Position numbers and translations under genes: made by a program. The notes under the pieces were generated by a model, which was given only the letters and a program-made list of their open reading frames with translations, did no database searches and was not told the DNA's origin. From Verrucomicrobiia bacterium (GTDB taxonomy: Bacteria; Chloroflexota; Limnocylindria; Limnocylindrales; CSP1-4), in contig DATLVO010000333.1 in the NCBI GenBank assembly GCA_035577485.1, positions 1 through 46,017 on the forward strand: DNA of 46,017 nucleotides, read 5' to 3'. Below, piece after piece: positions 29,903 through 39,625 of this stretch. How positions within the stretch are numbered: the first letter of the stretch is position 1; every line of letters begins with the position of its first letter.

Positions 29903-32900
29903 CTAGGAGAACTCCCAGATGCGGATGACGCCGTTCGCGCCGGCGCCGCCGGCGCGCGCCGTGGTGCCGAGGCAACACCCGCCGGCGCCGCCGCCGCCGT
30001 AGAGCTTGCCGTCATTGCCCTGCGCCTCGGTGTTGCCCGTGGCGCGACCGCCACCGCCCCACGGCGGCGACCCGCCGGCGCCGCCCGACGCGATCGTCTT
30101 GGAGATCACGATGCCCTCGTGACCCGGGGCGCCGCGACCGTTCAAGTCGCAGTTGCTCGACGAGCTGCCGTCGCCGCCCTGCACGATGGTGCCCACGCCC
30201 GCGGCGCAGCCCTTGCCGCCGCCGCCGCCGGCTGCCGTGTAGGTTGTCCCCGAGACCGTGATCGTTGTATTCCCGCCGGTGCTCCCGTCGTTGTTGCCGG
30301 CAGCGCCGCCACCGCCGCCGGCGCCGATCGCGATCGTGTAGGCCGTGCTCGCGGTCACCGCGATGTAGGCCGACGCGAACGCGCCGGCTGCGCCGCCGCC
30401 GCCCGCCGCCGCGTTCGTCGCCGCTTGCGCCGCGCCGCCGCCACCGCCGCCGGCGCCGATCATCTCGACGAGAATGTGCGTGCAGCCGGCCGGCGTTGTA
30501 TAGCTCGTTCCGCTGGCAAGGATCTGCGGCGCGCGCAGCAGCGTGCCGCTCGCGCTACCCGATGGGACCGCCCAGGTCGCATCTTCGCGCAAGAACTTCG
30601 TCGTGCCGGCGCTCGCGCCCGGGTCGGGCACGAGGCCGATCGCGTGGTTCGTGCCGCTCGCCACGAACACCGTCGACGGCCACGCCTGGAGCCAGCCCGC
30701 GCCGCCGGTGTTGTCCCACCACTCCAGAACGTCGGTCGCGCCGCTGCTGTTGATCCGGACGTGCCCCGCGACCGGCGAGCCCGGCCGCTGCGCGGTCGAG
30801 CCCGACGGCAGCGCCGCGCCGGTCGTGCCGCCGAGCTGCACGAGCCGCTCGCTGCCGACGACCGCCGCGCGCAGGACCTCGGCGCCGGCGTGCGTGACGC
30901 GCAGCGGCGCCGCCGCGGCGGCGACGTCCTGGTCGATCACGGCGGCGTTCGACTGCAACGCGCCGGTGGCCGCGGGCTTGCCGAACGCGAGCGCGACGCC
31001 GGGCGCGAGCAGCACGTAGGACTGCGTCGCGCGCGAACTCGTGACGTCGCTCACGTTGGCGCCGGTGTTGAGCCCGTAGTAGTCGGCGAGCTCGAAGCGC
31101 GCCGGCGAGAACACGACGCCGCCGTTCGCGGTGCCGCCGCGGGCGCGCGAGCCGACCGGGCGCTCGACGTAGCGCCAGTCGCCGGTGGCCGAGCTCTGGC
31201 CGCCGAACGCGCGGAGCACGACGACCTGGGGCCGCGTCCGCTCGTCGGCGATCACCATCGCGCGCGGGACTTGCGGGTTGTGCTCGAAGTTCGGGGCGCC
31301 GAGCACGCTCAACTGCGGGCGGAACGCGACGGCGGCGTAGCCCTCGCTCAGCGGGTGGAAGATCGTGTAGAGGCCGACGGCGTCGCGGTCGGCGCCGCCG
31401 ACGCGCTCGACGAGGCCGGGGACGCGCTCGCGCCCGCCGACGGCGTTGCGCCCCGACCAGACGCCGGTCGCCGGCGCCGCGTTCTTGCCCCACTTCTTCT
31501 TCGGCGGCTTGCCCTCGCCGGGCAGCGGGTAGCCGTTCGGGTAGCGCGGCAGGCGGCCACCGCCGGCGCCGAAGGGGTCGTCGTCCGGGTCGTCCGGCGG
31601 GTCCTCCGGCGGGTCCGGGTCGTCGGGCGGGTCGGGCGGCAGGGCGACGCCCGGCGGCGGCGGGTCGCCCGGACCGGGCCACGGGCCGCGCGGCGTCGAC
31701 GGACCGCCCCTGGGCCCCGCAGGACCGCCGCCACCGGCCCCGCCGGGACCAGGCGGTGGCGGAACCCCAGGGCCGCCCGTGCCGGGCGCCCCGGGCCTCC
31801 CAGTGATCGGAGGGCCCGGCCAGCCGAGCGGCGGCGCGCCGCCGCCCTGCCACGTGGGACGGATCGGCCCGCGACCGCCGCGCGCGCCGGGTCCGGGGGG
31901 CCCCGGCGTCGCCGGGCCGCCGGGCGTGCCCGGCCCGGGCGGCGCGCCGGGCCCCGGCGGCGACGGCCCGGGGCCTGGGCGCCCCGGTCCCGGCGTGGTC
32001 GGCGGCGGCGTGCTCGGGGGACTGGTCGGCGGAGTGGTCGGCGGGATCGTCGGCGGCGTCGTCGGCGCGACGTAGGGGACCTCGGCCCACCAGCGCCACA
32101 GGCCGTCGCGCGAGCCGCCGCGGAACGGGTGCCGCGCGCGGCCGTCCCAGCTCAGGTGCACGCGCGCCGTGAGCGGCCAGCTCGGCGGGTCCGGGTAGAC
32201 GCCCTCGAACTGGAGCGGGCCGTCCTCGCGCGAGTTCCGGAAGAAGTAGGCGTTGGTCGAGACGTGGGCGGAGTTGACGGGGTTACCGTCGCCGTCGTGC
32301 CCGTGCTCGTGTTTGTCGCCGCGCGCGCCGAGGTGGATAGGTCCCCAGCCGTCTAAGGCGGCCATGAACGCGACGCCGCCGGCGCCGTCGGCCACCGGCG
32401 AGAACTGGCCGTAGTCCTTGATTGCGAGCTCTTGCGACCCGCCGGCCTCGGCGGTGAGCCCGGTCCCGAACGCGCCGGTGCCGACGTTGAGCTCGCCGCG
32501 TCGCGCGCGCCCCGGCAGGCCGGCGCCGATGCGCGGCGTGACGGGGCCCGTCGGCCCCGTCGGGAGCGGGACCGCGGTGCCCCCGCCACCGCCGGTGGTC
32601 GGGCCCGCGGCGCCGACCATCGGGCCGAAGATCGCGCCCAAACCCGGCAACTGGTCCTGCTTGCTCCGGCCGTATTGGAGCGCGAGCACGTTGCCGCTCC
32701 CGCCGAGGTTCGCGAGCGACGTGTGCTGGGTCACGGCGACGACGCGCACCAGTGATTGCAGCACCGCCGCGCGACCGCCGACGCCGGGGATCGTCGAGCC
32801 CGACATGCAGAACGTGCCCTCGGGCTGCAAGTCGACGACGAGCGTCCCGCACGCGGCGGGGCCGCTGATGTTCGGCGCGCAGAGCCGCGGGTCGGCCCAC

Positions 32901-33385
32901 AGCGCGAGCTCGGCCTGGGTGCCCTCGTCGGTGCCCGGCAGCGCCACGAGCAGCGCACCCTTCGGGATCGTGTTGAGCCCTTGCGGCCAGCTCAGAGTTT
33001 TCGCGCGGAATCGCGTGTCAGTCTTGAAGTCGCCGTCGCGTAGCGGCTGCGCGCTGCCGTGCGTGTAGCGGCCCTCGGTCTCGCTCCAGACCGTGCCGAA
33101 CACCATCGACCACGCGCCCATGTCGCGCACGCCGCGGTCGCGCGTCTGCCAGAACAGCCACGGGTGGACGTCGCCGATCGTGCCGAGGTCGTGGTCGCGC
33201 GCGATCTCGATTATCGCCGCGTCGCTGTCGCCGGTCGCGCCGTCGCGGCCGAGCGGGTCCGGGACGCGCTTGAGGCGCGCGCCGGCGAGGCACATCCGCA
33301 TTCCGACCGGCGTGCCGTCGTCCGCCGCGGCGGCGTCCTGGAGCGGGAAGAACCCGAGGTCGGTGCGGTCGGTTACCTTCGACAT
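29903..33385 (-). CDS. Tail fibre protein (1160 aa) with Pro/Gly-rich central segment and Gly-rich C-terminal domain
   Basis: The motif GLVPDPGASAGTTKFLREDATWAVP is the widespread fibre motif G-x-V-P-x-P...K-F-L-R-x-D-G/A-T-W. The C-terminus has GGGGGG/AGGGG runs typical of Gly-rich fibre tips. Residues ~440-625 are extremely Pro/Gly-rich. Confidence 0.8.
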   Translation of the reverse strand: MSKVTDRTDLGFFPLQDAAAADDGTPVGMRMCLAGARLKRVPDPLGRDGATGDSDAAIIEIARDHDLGTIGDVHPWLFWQTRDRGVRDMGAWSMVFGTVWSETEGRYTHGSAQPLRDGDFKTDTRFRAKTLSWPQGLNTIPKGALLVALPGTDEGTQAELALWADPRLCAPNISGPAACGTLVVDLQPEGTFCMSGSTIPGVGGRAAVLQSLVRVVAVTQHTSLANLGGSGNVLALQYGRSKQDQLPGLGAIFGPMVGAAGPTTGGGGGTAVPLPTGPTGPVTPRIGAGLPGRARRGELNVGTGAFGTGLTAEAGGSQELAIKDYGQFSPVADGAGGVAFMAALDGWGPIHLGARGDKHEHGHDGDGNPVNSAHVSTNAYFFRNSREDGPLQFEGVYPDPPSWPLTARVHLSWDGRARHPFRGGSRDGLWRWWAEVPYVAPTTPPTIPPTTPPTSPPSTPPPTTPGPGRPGPGPSPPGPGAPPGPGTPGGPATPGPPGPGARGGRGPIRPTWQGGGAPPLGWPGPPITGRPGAPGTGGPGVPPPPGPGGAGGGGPAGPRGGPSTPRGPWPGPGDPPPPGVALPPDPPDDPDPPEDPPDDPDDDPFGAGGGRLPRYPNGYPLPGEGKPPKKKWGKNAAPATGVWSGRNAVGGRERVPGLVERVGGADRDAVGLYTIFHPLSEGYAAVAFRPQLSVLGAPNFEHNPQVPRAMVIADERTRPQVVVLRAFGGQSSATGDWRYVERPVGSRARGGTANGGVVFSPARFELADYYGLNTGANVSDVTSSRATQSYVLLAPGVALAFGKPAATGALQSNAAVIDQDVAAAAAPLRVTHAGAEVLRAAVVGSERLVQLGGTTGAALPSGSTAQRPGSPVAGHVRINSSGATDVLEWWDNTGGAGWLQAWPSTVFVASGTNHAIGLVPDPGASAGTTKFLREDATWAVPSGSASGTLLRAPQILASGTSYTTPAGCTHILVEMIGAGGGGGGAAQAATNAAAGGGGAAGAFASAYIAVTASTAYTIAIGAGGGGGAAGNNDGSTGGNTTITVSGTTYTAAGGGGGKGCAAGVGTIVQGGDGSSSSNCDLNGRGAPGHEGIVISKTIASGGAGGSPPWGGGGRATGNTEAQGNDGKLYGGGGAGGCCLGTTARAGGAGANGVIRIWEFS

Positions 33386-33389
33386 GGGG

Positions 33390-35633
33390 TCAGCGGAACG
33401 GAACGATGCCCAGGACGATCCGCCTTGTCGACTCCGGCATCAACGCGAGCCGCGAGATCGGCCGCTGCTGCCCCGGAAACGCGGTGATCGCGGAGACCTT
33501 CGCCGACGGCGCCGCGTCGACGCGCACGGTCACCGACGAGTTGTTGCCGACGAGCCGCAGCGCGTCGTCGGGCACCGCTGTCGCGACCGTCCCCTGGAGC
33601 GCGTCGGCGAACGGCGCCAGCATTTCGGCCGCGACTGCGAGCGCGTGGCCGGTCAGGCTGCGCTCGCCGTTGCACAGGATGAATCCCGGCAGGTTCGTCC
33701 CGTCGATGCCCTGGACGTCGCCGAGCCCGAGGAGGTGTTTGATCGTGGTCGACGCCTGCAGGTCGTCGTCCCACGCGAACCGCGCCGTCATCTCGCCGGG
33801 CGGTATGAACACTTCGAGCGTCGGGCCCTCGCCGCCCTGGATCTGGTAGTCGATGCGGTATATCTCGGCGACGTCGCGCGCCTTCACCTCGACGACGTGG
33901 AACTGGAACTTGTTGTTAGGCGCGGCCGGCGTGATCGTCAGCATGGCGGCGAGCTTCATCGAGTTTGCGAGGAAGATGCCGTCGCTCCCGCCTTCCATCC
34001 GCATCCCGAACCCCATCGACTGCTCGTCCTGCCGTCGCAAGTCGCGGATCGGCACCCGGGTCTGCTCCTGCGCGTTCACGAGCAGGCAGGGCACGAAGCT
34101 CGCCGTCGTGCCGAACGGCGACTGGACGCCCTCGACGCGCAGGATCCCGACCTCCTCGTCCTCGACGGTGATCGTCTGCACGCCCGGCGTCGTGCGCGTG
34201 ATGTTGGTCCCGTCGGCCGAGGCCGCGAGGCAGTCGACGTTGCGCGCGTAGGCGACCTGACTCGGGTCCGTGCGCGCGGTAACCATGTAACCCTTCTCGG
34301 TGGGGATCACGGCATACTGGCCCCACACGCGCGCCGGAGCTCGGGCGCCGGTCACCGGGTCGAGCAGGCCGACGCGCACGGCGCGGATGTCCCTAATGCG
34401 CTCCATGTATTTCCGGTTGACGCGGAACGTCTGCCGGAAGTGCTCCTTGATCGTCTGGACGCGCATCGCGATGTTAGCGTCGTCGTCGAGGTCCTTGCCG
34501 CCGGCACCGAGCGCGCCTTCGAGGTTGCCGAGCACCCAGAGCCGCTTGATCGTGTCGAACGTCCAGGGGAACGAGTTCAACGGTCGCTGCTGGTCCATTG
34601 CGTTGAGCCAGCGCGAGAACTCGACCCAGGTGCCGACGGCCTTCGCCACCGTGCGCGCCCGATTAGAGACCGGGTCGTATTCGGTCATAAATGTGACTGG
34701 GTCCGGCGTCGCTATCACGTTCTCCAGGAACGCGTCGTCGGGCTGCGGCGTGAGCGGCGGCGTCGCGGTGCCCGCGAGGAGATCCTTGAAGCGAAACAGA
34801 CACTCGACCTCGCGCTGGTAGTGCACGCGCACCGCCTGCGGGCGGATCTTCTTCCGGTCGATGATCGCCGGGAACTCGCCGGCCCAGGTCCGCGGCGGCA
34901 GGTCGCCGAGCCGGTCCTCGGCGGCGCCGAGGTCGGTCGTATCAAAGACCCGGGCCTGCCCCTTCTTGTCTATGTAAATGTCGGTGCCGGGAATATAGCT
35001 CAGGAGCCGCGCGATCGCGGCGTCGCCGGCGTCGCGCAGCGAGACGTTCTGGATCGTGAACTGCCCCTCGTTGCCGCTCGTCTCCTGCGGGATCGGGAAA
35101 CTCTCGATGTGGTAGTTCGGCCGGCCCTGCGCGTCTAAGGCGACCTGCTTTAGGACTTCTTCGAGCGCGTTCTGCGCGGTCCACTTCTGCGGCGCGCCCT
35201 GGTCGTCCTTGTCTAACGAGTAGGCGAGGAAGTCGTATTGGTCGACGGAGACCTGGGTCTCGACCGGCACGCTCTGGAACGCGGTCCGGTCGCCCGTTTT
35301 CCGCGTCATGTTGAAGTCCATCGCGACGAGCTTGTAGGGCCACTTCCACCGCACGTCGGCGACCACGAAGTGCACCCGGTTCGGCGAGTCGCTCGGCGCC
35401 GTGTGCAGGATGTAGACGCCCTGAATCCGCGTGTCGACGCCGCGGCTGTCGACGATCCGGAGCTCAAGCGGCACGCCGGTCCGCCCCCGGAGCTTGCCGG
35501 TCCAGGTCGCCTTCGGCACCGCGAACTCGGTCACGTAGGGCGCGACGCCGGACACGAACCGCCACGCGATCGCCTGGGTCGCGCCGAGCGGCACGCCGCC
35601 GAGGGTCACGATCGCCTTCGAGGTTTCGGGCAC
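33390..35633 (-). CDS. Tail/baseplate structural protein (747 aa)
   Basis: Large track ORF with normal composition between the tail genes and the fibre. No family recognised by eye. Confidence 0.6.
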   Translation of the reverse strand: MPETSKAIVTLGGVPLGATQAIAWRFVSGVAPYVTEFAVPKATWTGKLRGRTGVPLELRIVDSRGVDTRIQGVYILHTAPSDSPNRVHFVVADVRWKWPYKLVAMDFNMTRKTGDRTAFQSVPVETQVSVDQYDFLAYSLDKDDQGAPQKWTAQNALEEVLKQVALDAQGRPNYHIESFPIPQETSGNEGQFTIQNVSLRDAGDAAIARLLSYIPGTDIYIDKKGQARVFDTTDLGAAEDRLGDLPPRTWAGEFPAIIDRKKIRPQAVRVHYQREVECLFRFKDLLAGTATPPLTPQPDDAFLENVIATPDPVTFMTEYDPVSNRARTVAKAVGTWVEFSRWLNAMDQQRPLNSFPWTFDTIKRLWVLGNLEGALGAGGKDLDDDANIAMRVQTIKEHFRQTFRVNRKYMERIRDIRAVRVGLLDPVTGARAPARVWGQYAVIPTEKGYMVTARTDPSQVAYARNVDCLAASADGTNITRTTPGVQTITVEDEEVGILRVEGVQSPFGTTASFVPCLLVNAQEQTRVPIRDLRRQDEQSMGFGMRMEGGSDGIFLANSMKLAAMLTITPAAPNNKFQFHVVEVKARDVAEIYRIDYQIQGGEGPTLEVFIPPGEMTARFAWDDDLQASTTIKHLLGLGDVQGIDGTNLPGFILCNGERSLTGHALAVAAEMLAPFADALQGTVATAVPDDALRLVGNNSSVTVRVDAAPSAKVSAITAFPGQQRPISRLALMPESTRRIVLGIVPFR

Positions 35634-35637
35634 CGGG

Positions 35638-37074
35638 CTACCTCGGGGTCACCGGGCCGGTGCCCGCGCCGGCCGGCTTCTTGTGGAACCGCTCGACCAC
35701 GACCTCGCTTACGATGTAGAGCTGGATCTGGTTGTTAGAGTTGCTCGGGTCGCCGACGAACTGCGGCGTCACTTGGCTCGTGCTGCTGATGATGTTCCAG
35801 CCGTCCGGCGCGATGCGGCTGCGGTTGCCGAAGTCGGGCCCGGCGATGCCGCCGATCGTGTCTGTGAACAGGCCGGCGTCGCCGGCGAGCGGCTGCGCGC
35901 TGATCCGGAGCTTCGGCGTCTCGACGCCGAGGACCACCGCCGTCCGGTTCCAGTGCCGCTCGCGCACGGCGAAGCCGACGTCGGCCTCGGCGGCGAACTC
36001 GTCGGTGCCGTGGACGGGCGTGTAGTCGATCGTGCGCGTCTCCTTGTAGGCGACCGACTGCGCGACCTCGATCACGTGGCCCGAGTCGCTCCCGTGGTAG
36101 AGGAACTGGAACTGGACCGAGATCCGCTTCGCGGTCTCGTCGAAGGCGATCCGCTGTTCTTCGAGGCAGAACACTTGCGGCGAGAACTCGGTGCGGAACA
36201 GCCGGGTGATATGCTGCCGAACCTTAGAGTCGAAAACGTCGTGCAGGTCGGTCGTCTCGGTGATGTCGACCGAGCAGTCGTAGGTGCCGACGACGCGCCG
36301 GAGCCGGTGAATGCTCGCCTTGCTGTCCGCCGGGTTCTGGGACAGGTCGGTGAACACGATCCGATGGTCGCGGATCTGGTTGTCGTCGCGCTGGCCCTGG
36401 CTCTGGTCGGCGAGGAGCTCCGTATATTGGCGCGTGAAGTTGCACAGGTGCGGGCGCGGGTCGGAGCCCGCCGACGTGCGGTGCCGGTCGAGCGTGGCCG
36501 ACTCGTCGACGAGCTCCCACTTCGCGTTCGAGTCGATCACGTTGAGGTAGAGGAGCGCCTCGCCGTCGAACGAGCTCTGGTAGTTTTCGAGCGCGCCACC
36601 GCCATCGTCGGCCGTGTAAGTGCCGCGCATCGTCACCGTGCGCTGCCGGCTCGGCAGGTAGTGGACGAGGACCTCGACGTCGCGCAGCGCGTTGTCCTGG
36701 TCGGCCGGCAGTTCGCCGTGCACGGTGCACGTGTAAGCGCGTGAGAACCCGAGGTCGACCTCGCGGTTGCCGCGCTTCTGGATCTCGCTGGTGACGGCCA
36801 GGAGCGTCTCGCCCACGCGGTAGGTCCAGGTCGCGCCACCGAGGCTGATGACGAGTTGGTCGCCGTTCACGAGGCGCCGGCGGAAGTTGGTCTCAAGGTC
36901 GTCGGCGAGGGCCTGGACGGCGGCGAGCGAGTCGGCGGTAACGACAATGTCGAACGTGAGCCGGAAGCCCTCGTAGCTCTTGTCGATCGCGTAGGGCCCG
37001 AGGAGCTGGAACGGCGTGGTGCCGCCGACGTCCAGGTCGCCGAAGGTGATCGCGAACGGGTTCGGGACGCTCAT
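35638..37074 (-). CDS. Tail structural protein (478 aa)
   Basis: Track ORF 35638..37083; I prefer the ATG at 37074, which overlaps the upstream stop (ATGA). Normal composition. Function is inferred from position only. Confidence 0.6.
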   Translation of the reverse strand: MSVPNPFAITFGDLDVGGTTPFQLLGPYAIDKSYEGFRLTFDIVVTADSLAAVQALADDLETNFRRRLVNGDQLVISLGGATWTYRVGETLLAVTSEIQKRGNREVDLGFSRAYTCTVHGELPADQDNALRDVEVLVHYLPSRQRTVTMRGTYTADDGGGALENYQSSFDGEALLYLNVIDSNAKWELVDESATLDRHRTSAGSDPRPHLCNFTRQYTELLADQSQGQRDDNQIRDHRIVFTDLSQNPADSKASIHRLRRVVGTYDCSVDITETTDLHDVFDSKVRQHITRLFRTEFSPQVFCLEEQRIAFDETAKRISVQFQFLYHGSDSGHVIEVAQSVAYKETRTIDYTPVHGTDEFAAEADVGFAVRERHWNRTAVVLGVETPKLRISAQPLAGDAGLFTDTIGGIAGPDFGNRSRIAPDGWNIISSTSQVTPQFVGDPSNSNNQIQLYIVSEVVVERFHKKPAGAGTGPVTPR

Positions 37075-37640
37075 CGGAAGCACGGAGGGGTGAGGGCCTT
37101 GATTAGATTACCGACGGCGTCGTGGAGCAGGCCCGCGAGCGCCGACGTGACGCGCTCGATCAGCGCCTCGATTCCCGGGCCCTGGAAGTATTTGTCCTGG
37201 TTGATCAGCGTTTTGCCGTGTTCTTCCTGCTGGCGGAGGGTCTTGGCCGAGTCGAACCACTCGCGCATCCCGGGCGTGATCCGGTTCGTGGCGCCGACCG
37301 ACGCCGCGAACGTCTGCACGAGTTGGTCGCGCGCCTGCATCGACGCGCGCGACTGCTCGCCGAGGCTGCCGAGCGCCCACTGCTCTATGTCGTAGCCGAG
37401 CTTGTTGAACGACTCGCCGACGATGTCGCCGACGCCACCGGAGGTGGGGCCCCGGATCGCCTCGATTCCCGCGCCGACGCCGGCGCCGAAGCCGAAGGCC
37501 GTCACGCCGCGGCGGATCGCGCGCCGGATCCCGCCCGAGGCCGTCGAGCCCGCGGTCTCCGCGTCCTTAGACAACCCGGCGATGACGCGCTTCGCGTCCT
37601 CGACGTCGAGCTGTAAGGTTACCCGTGCCTCATCCGCCAT
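37071..37640 (-). CDS. Gly-rich tail-internal / tape-measure-like protein (189 aa)
   Basis: Track ORF. The GVTAFGFGAGVGAGIEAIRG hydrophobic Gly-rich segment is of the kind seen in tape-measure or ejection proteins. Confidence 0.45.
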   Translation of the reverse strand: MADEARVTLQLDVEDAKRVIAGLSKDAETAGSTASGGIRRAIRRGVTAFGFGAGVGAGIEAIRGPTSGGVGDIVGESFNKLGYDIEQWALGSLGEQSRASMQARDQLVQTFAASVGATNRITPGMREWFDSAKTLRQQEEHGKTLINQDKYFQGPGIEALIERVTSALAGLLHDAVGNLIKALTPPCFR

Positions 37641-38424
37641 CGCGGTTGTATTCCTTGAGGTAGCCGTGGTAGGCGCGTTTCAAACTCTCGATCGACTGGC
37701 CGCCGCCCAGTTGCGCCCAGGCGGTCTTGAAGCCCGCGCCGAAGGCCAGAATCAGCATGTCGAGCTTGCTGTTGACCGGAAAGTTCTCGCGGATCAGCGA
37801 GGCGCCGCGCTCGCGCTCGACGAGGAGCTGGTTCGTCACGCGCGCGACCTGCCGGACGTCCTCGGGCACCGCCCCGGCCCGGCCGACGATGCCGGCGCCC
37901 GGCGTGCCTTCGAGCCACTCGCGCGTGCGGCGCGCGGCGCGCGCCTTGTCGTCCTCGTCGCCGAGGATCACGCGGTTGAGCATCTCGCCGGCGCCTTCGA
38001 GCGGCTGGCCGCTCGCGAGCCGGAACCCGGCCACGCCGGCGGCGAGGCCGATCACCGCGAGCATCCCCACCGGCGTCCGGGCCAGGGCACCGCCGGCGAA
38101 CTCCATGCCACCGCCCAGGACCTCAGTCCCCGCCGACAGGGTGCGGAACGCCGCCGCGGAGCGCAGGCCGCGCGAGACCATGCGCCGCACGGTGAACCGG
38201 CGCGCGAACGCGCGCAGCATGCCGCCCTTGCGGCCCGCGCGCTCGACGGCGCGGTCCTCGGCCTGGACCGCCGGCGCCGAGCCGCCCGGCGGCGGGCCGC
38301 CGGCGCCGCGGATGTCGACCGGGATCTTCTTCCGCGCGAACGACTCGGCCACCTCGTAGAACCGGCGGAGCTCCGCCTCGGCCTCGGTCGTATCGAGCCG
38401 CAGCGTGACGAACGCGCCGCTCAC
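37630..38424 (-). CDS. Gly-rich membrane-interacting tail protein, tape-measure-like (264 aa)
   Basis: Track ORF 37630..38673 trimmed. GTG at 38424 overlaps the upstream stop. It has an N-terminal helical region and the hydrophobic Gly/Ala segment GMLAVIGLAAGVAGF. Confidence 0.45.
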   Translation of the reverse strand: MSGAFVTLRLDTTEAEAELRRFYEVAESFARKKIPVDIRGAGGPPPGGSAPAVQAEDRAVERAGRKGGMLRAFARRFTVRRMVSRGLRSAAAFRTLSAGTEVLGGGMEFAGGALARTPVGMLAVIGLAAGVAGFRLASGQPLEGAGEMLNRVILGDEDDKARAARRTREWLEGTPGAGIVGRAGAVPEDVRQVARVTNQLLVERERGASLIRENFPVNSKLDMLILAFGAGFKTAWAQLGGGQSIESLKRAYHGYLKEYNRDGG

Positions 38425-39191
38425 GTGGTCACGAACGCCCCGACGGCGTCCCCCGCGCTCGAAGCCGCCGGCGAGCCCGTGCGGCGTGGGTCGTAGTCCG
38501 CGAACACCGAGTAGGCGCGGCCAGGAACCGGCGCGACCGCGGTCTCGGTGTTGGTGCCCGTGTAGACGATGGCGGCGCACTGCTCGGGTCGCTGCGCAGG
38601 CTTGGCGCCCGCGACGTAGCCGACCCGGAACCGCAGGAAGTCGAACCGCTGCTGACAAGCCGAGCCGTCCCACGAGAACGTGTCGCCGAGGAGCCCGAAG
38701 CTCTGCGGCGGCGCGTGGTGCTCGTCGTCGGTGCAGAGCGCGGTGACCCGGTATTCCTCGGCGGCGATCGCCCTGCCGCGGCCGACCGCCGAGGGCGCCG
38801 CGGTGCCCGAGCCGGACACGATCAGCGACGCGCCGTCGGCGCCGGTGAGCCGGTTGATGACGGCGCGAGCTCGCGCCGAGACCTCGGCGACGCCGGCGCC
38901 CGCGCTGTTGCCCAGGTCCGCGCGAGCTCCGCCGATGATCGCGTGCTGGCCGAGCGCGTCGCCGGCGGCCTCGGCCACGACCACCACCGAGAAGTCCTGC
39001 CGGATCAAGTCGGGGTCGTCCTCGTCGGGCGTGCCGGAGCCGATCGTCACGAGCGCGAACGGGAAGCCTGCAGGCATGGTGTCCTCGGCCGGCGCGCCGG
39101 CGAACGCGAACACGTTCTCGCCGAACACGAGGCCCGCGGAGCCGTGCGGCCAGCGCGCGAGCTTGAGCTCGCGCGCGAGCTGCTGCGCCAT
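38421..39191 (-). CDS. Hypothetical tail-module protein (256 aa; start ATG 39191 or TTG 39206)
   Basis: Track ORF 38421..39560 with the Arg-rich N-terminus removed. Reads MAQQLARELKLARWPHGSAGLVFGENVF.. Confidence 0.5.
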   Translation of the reverse strand: MAQQLARELKLARWPHGSAGLVFGENVFAFAGAPAEDTMPAGFPFALVTIGSGTPDEDDPDLIRQDFSVVVVAEAAGDALGQHAIIGGARADLGNSAGAGVAEVSARARAVINRLTGADGASLIVSGSGTAAPSAVGRGRAIAAEEYRVTALCTDDEHHAPPQSFGLLGDTFSWDGSACQQRFDFLRFRVGYVAGAKPAQRPEQCAAIVYTGTNTETAVAPVPGRAYSVFADYDPRRTGSPAASSAGDAVGAFVTT

Positions 39192-39202
39192 CTGCCAGGG
39201 GT

Positions 39203-39625
39203 TCAAGAGACCTCCGGCCGACCGCCGAAGGGCGCGCCCGCGGGCCGCGGCGCCGCCGCGGCGGCGACGCGCCGGGCCCCGACGCCGGCCATCGTCGGCG
39301 CCGCGGCGCGGCCCTCGCGGCGAGCCAGGAGCTTCGCGGCGAACTCGCCGGCGATGCGCCGCGCCATGGACTCCTCGGCGCTCGCGTCGCCGCCCTCGGC
39401 GGCCACCGCGGCCTCGGCCGCCTCGGGGTCGCGCACGGCCCAGCCGGCGGCGAGGGCGAGGTCCCGCGCGTGGTCGTCGCCGATCAGCGCGAGCTGTTCC
39501 TGCTCGACCGCCGGCAGCGCGTGGAACCAGAGCCACGGCGGCCGGCCGGCGCGGAGCCACCGGCGGTGGCTCGCGTTGGTCACCGTCGGGGGCGGCGTCG
39601 GCTGCTTCTTCGGCCAGAGTTTCAC
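39203..39625 (-). CDS. Hypothetical protein (140 aa)
   Basis: Track ORF 39203..39685 trimmed. GTG at 39625 overlaps the upstream stop. It has the best composition among the overlapping frames here, but the call is weak. Confidence 0.4.
   Translation of the reverse strand: MKLWPKKQPTPPPTVTNASHRRWLRAGRPPWLWFHALPAVEQEQLALIGDDHARDLALAAGWAVRDPEAAEAAVAAEGGDASAEESMARRIAGEFAAKLLARREGRAAAPTMAGVGARRVAAAAAPRPAGAPFGGRPEVS

Noticed and set aside
31511-32068. True collagen triple-helix repeat in the fibre
   Set aside because: The G-X-Y periodicity is not maintained. The segment is a mix of PT, PG and DP repeats, so I describe it only as Pro/Gly-rich low complexity.
29609-32356. 915-aa plus-strand ORF (and the 514-aa minus-strand ORF 30555..32099) overlapping the fibre gene
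   Set aside because: These are Arg/Ala-rich artefact frames. The 1160-aa minus-strand frame carries the conserved fibre motif and has coherent domains.
29903-33385. Diversity-generating retroelement targeting the fibre
   Set aside because: There is no reverse-transcriptase ORF anywhere in the window. I did not notice a template/variable repeat pair, and the fibre has no C-type-lectin-like C-terminus.
33093-35138. 681-aa plus-strand ORF antisense to the 747-aa tail gene
   Set aside because: It has the same GC artefact signature (R/D/E/A/V-rich with no motifs). The minus-strand frame has balanced composition and fits the operon spacing.
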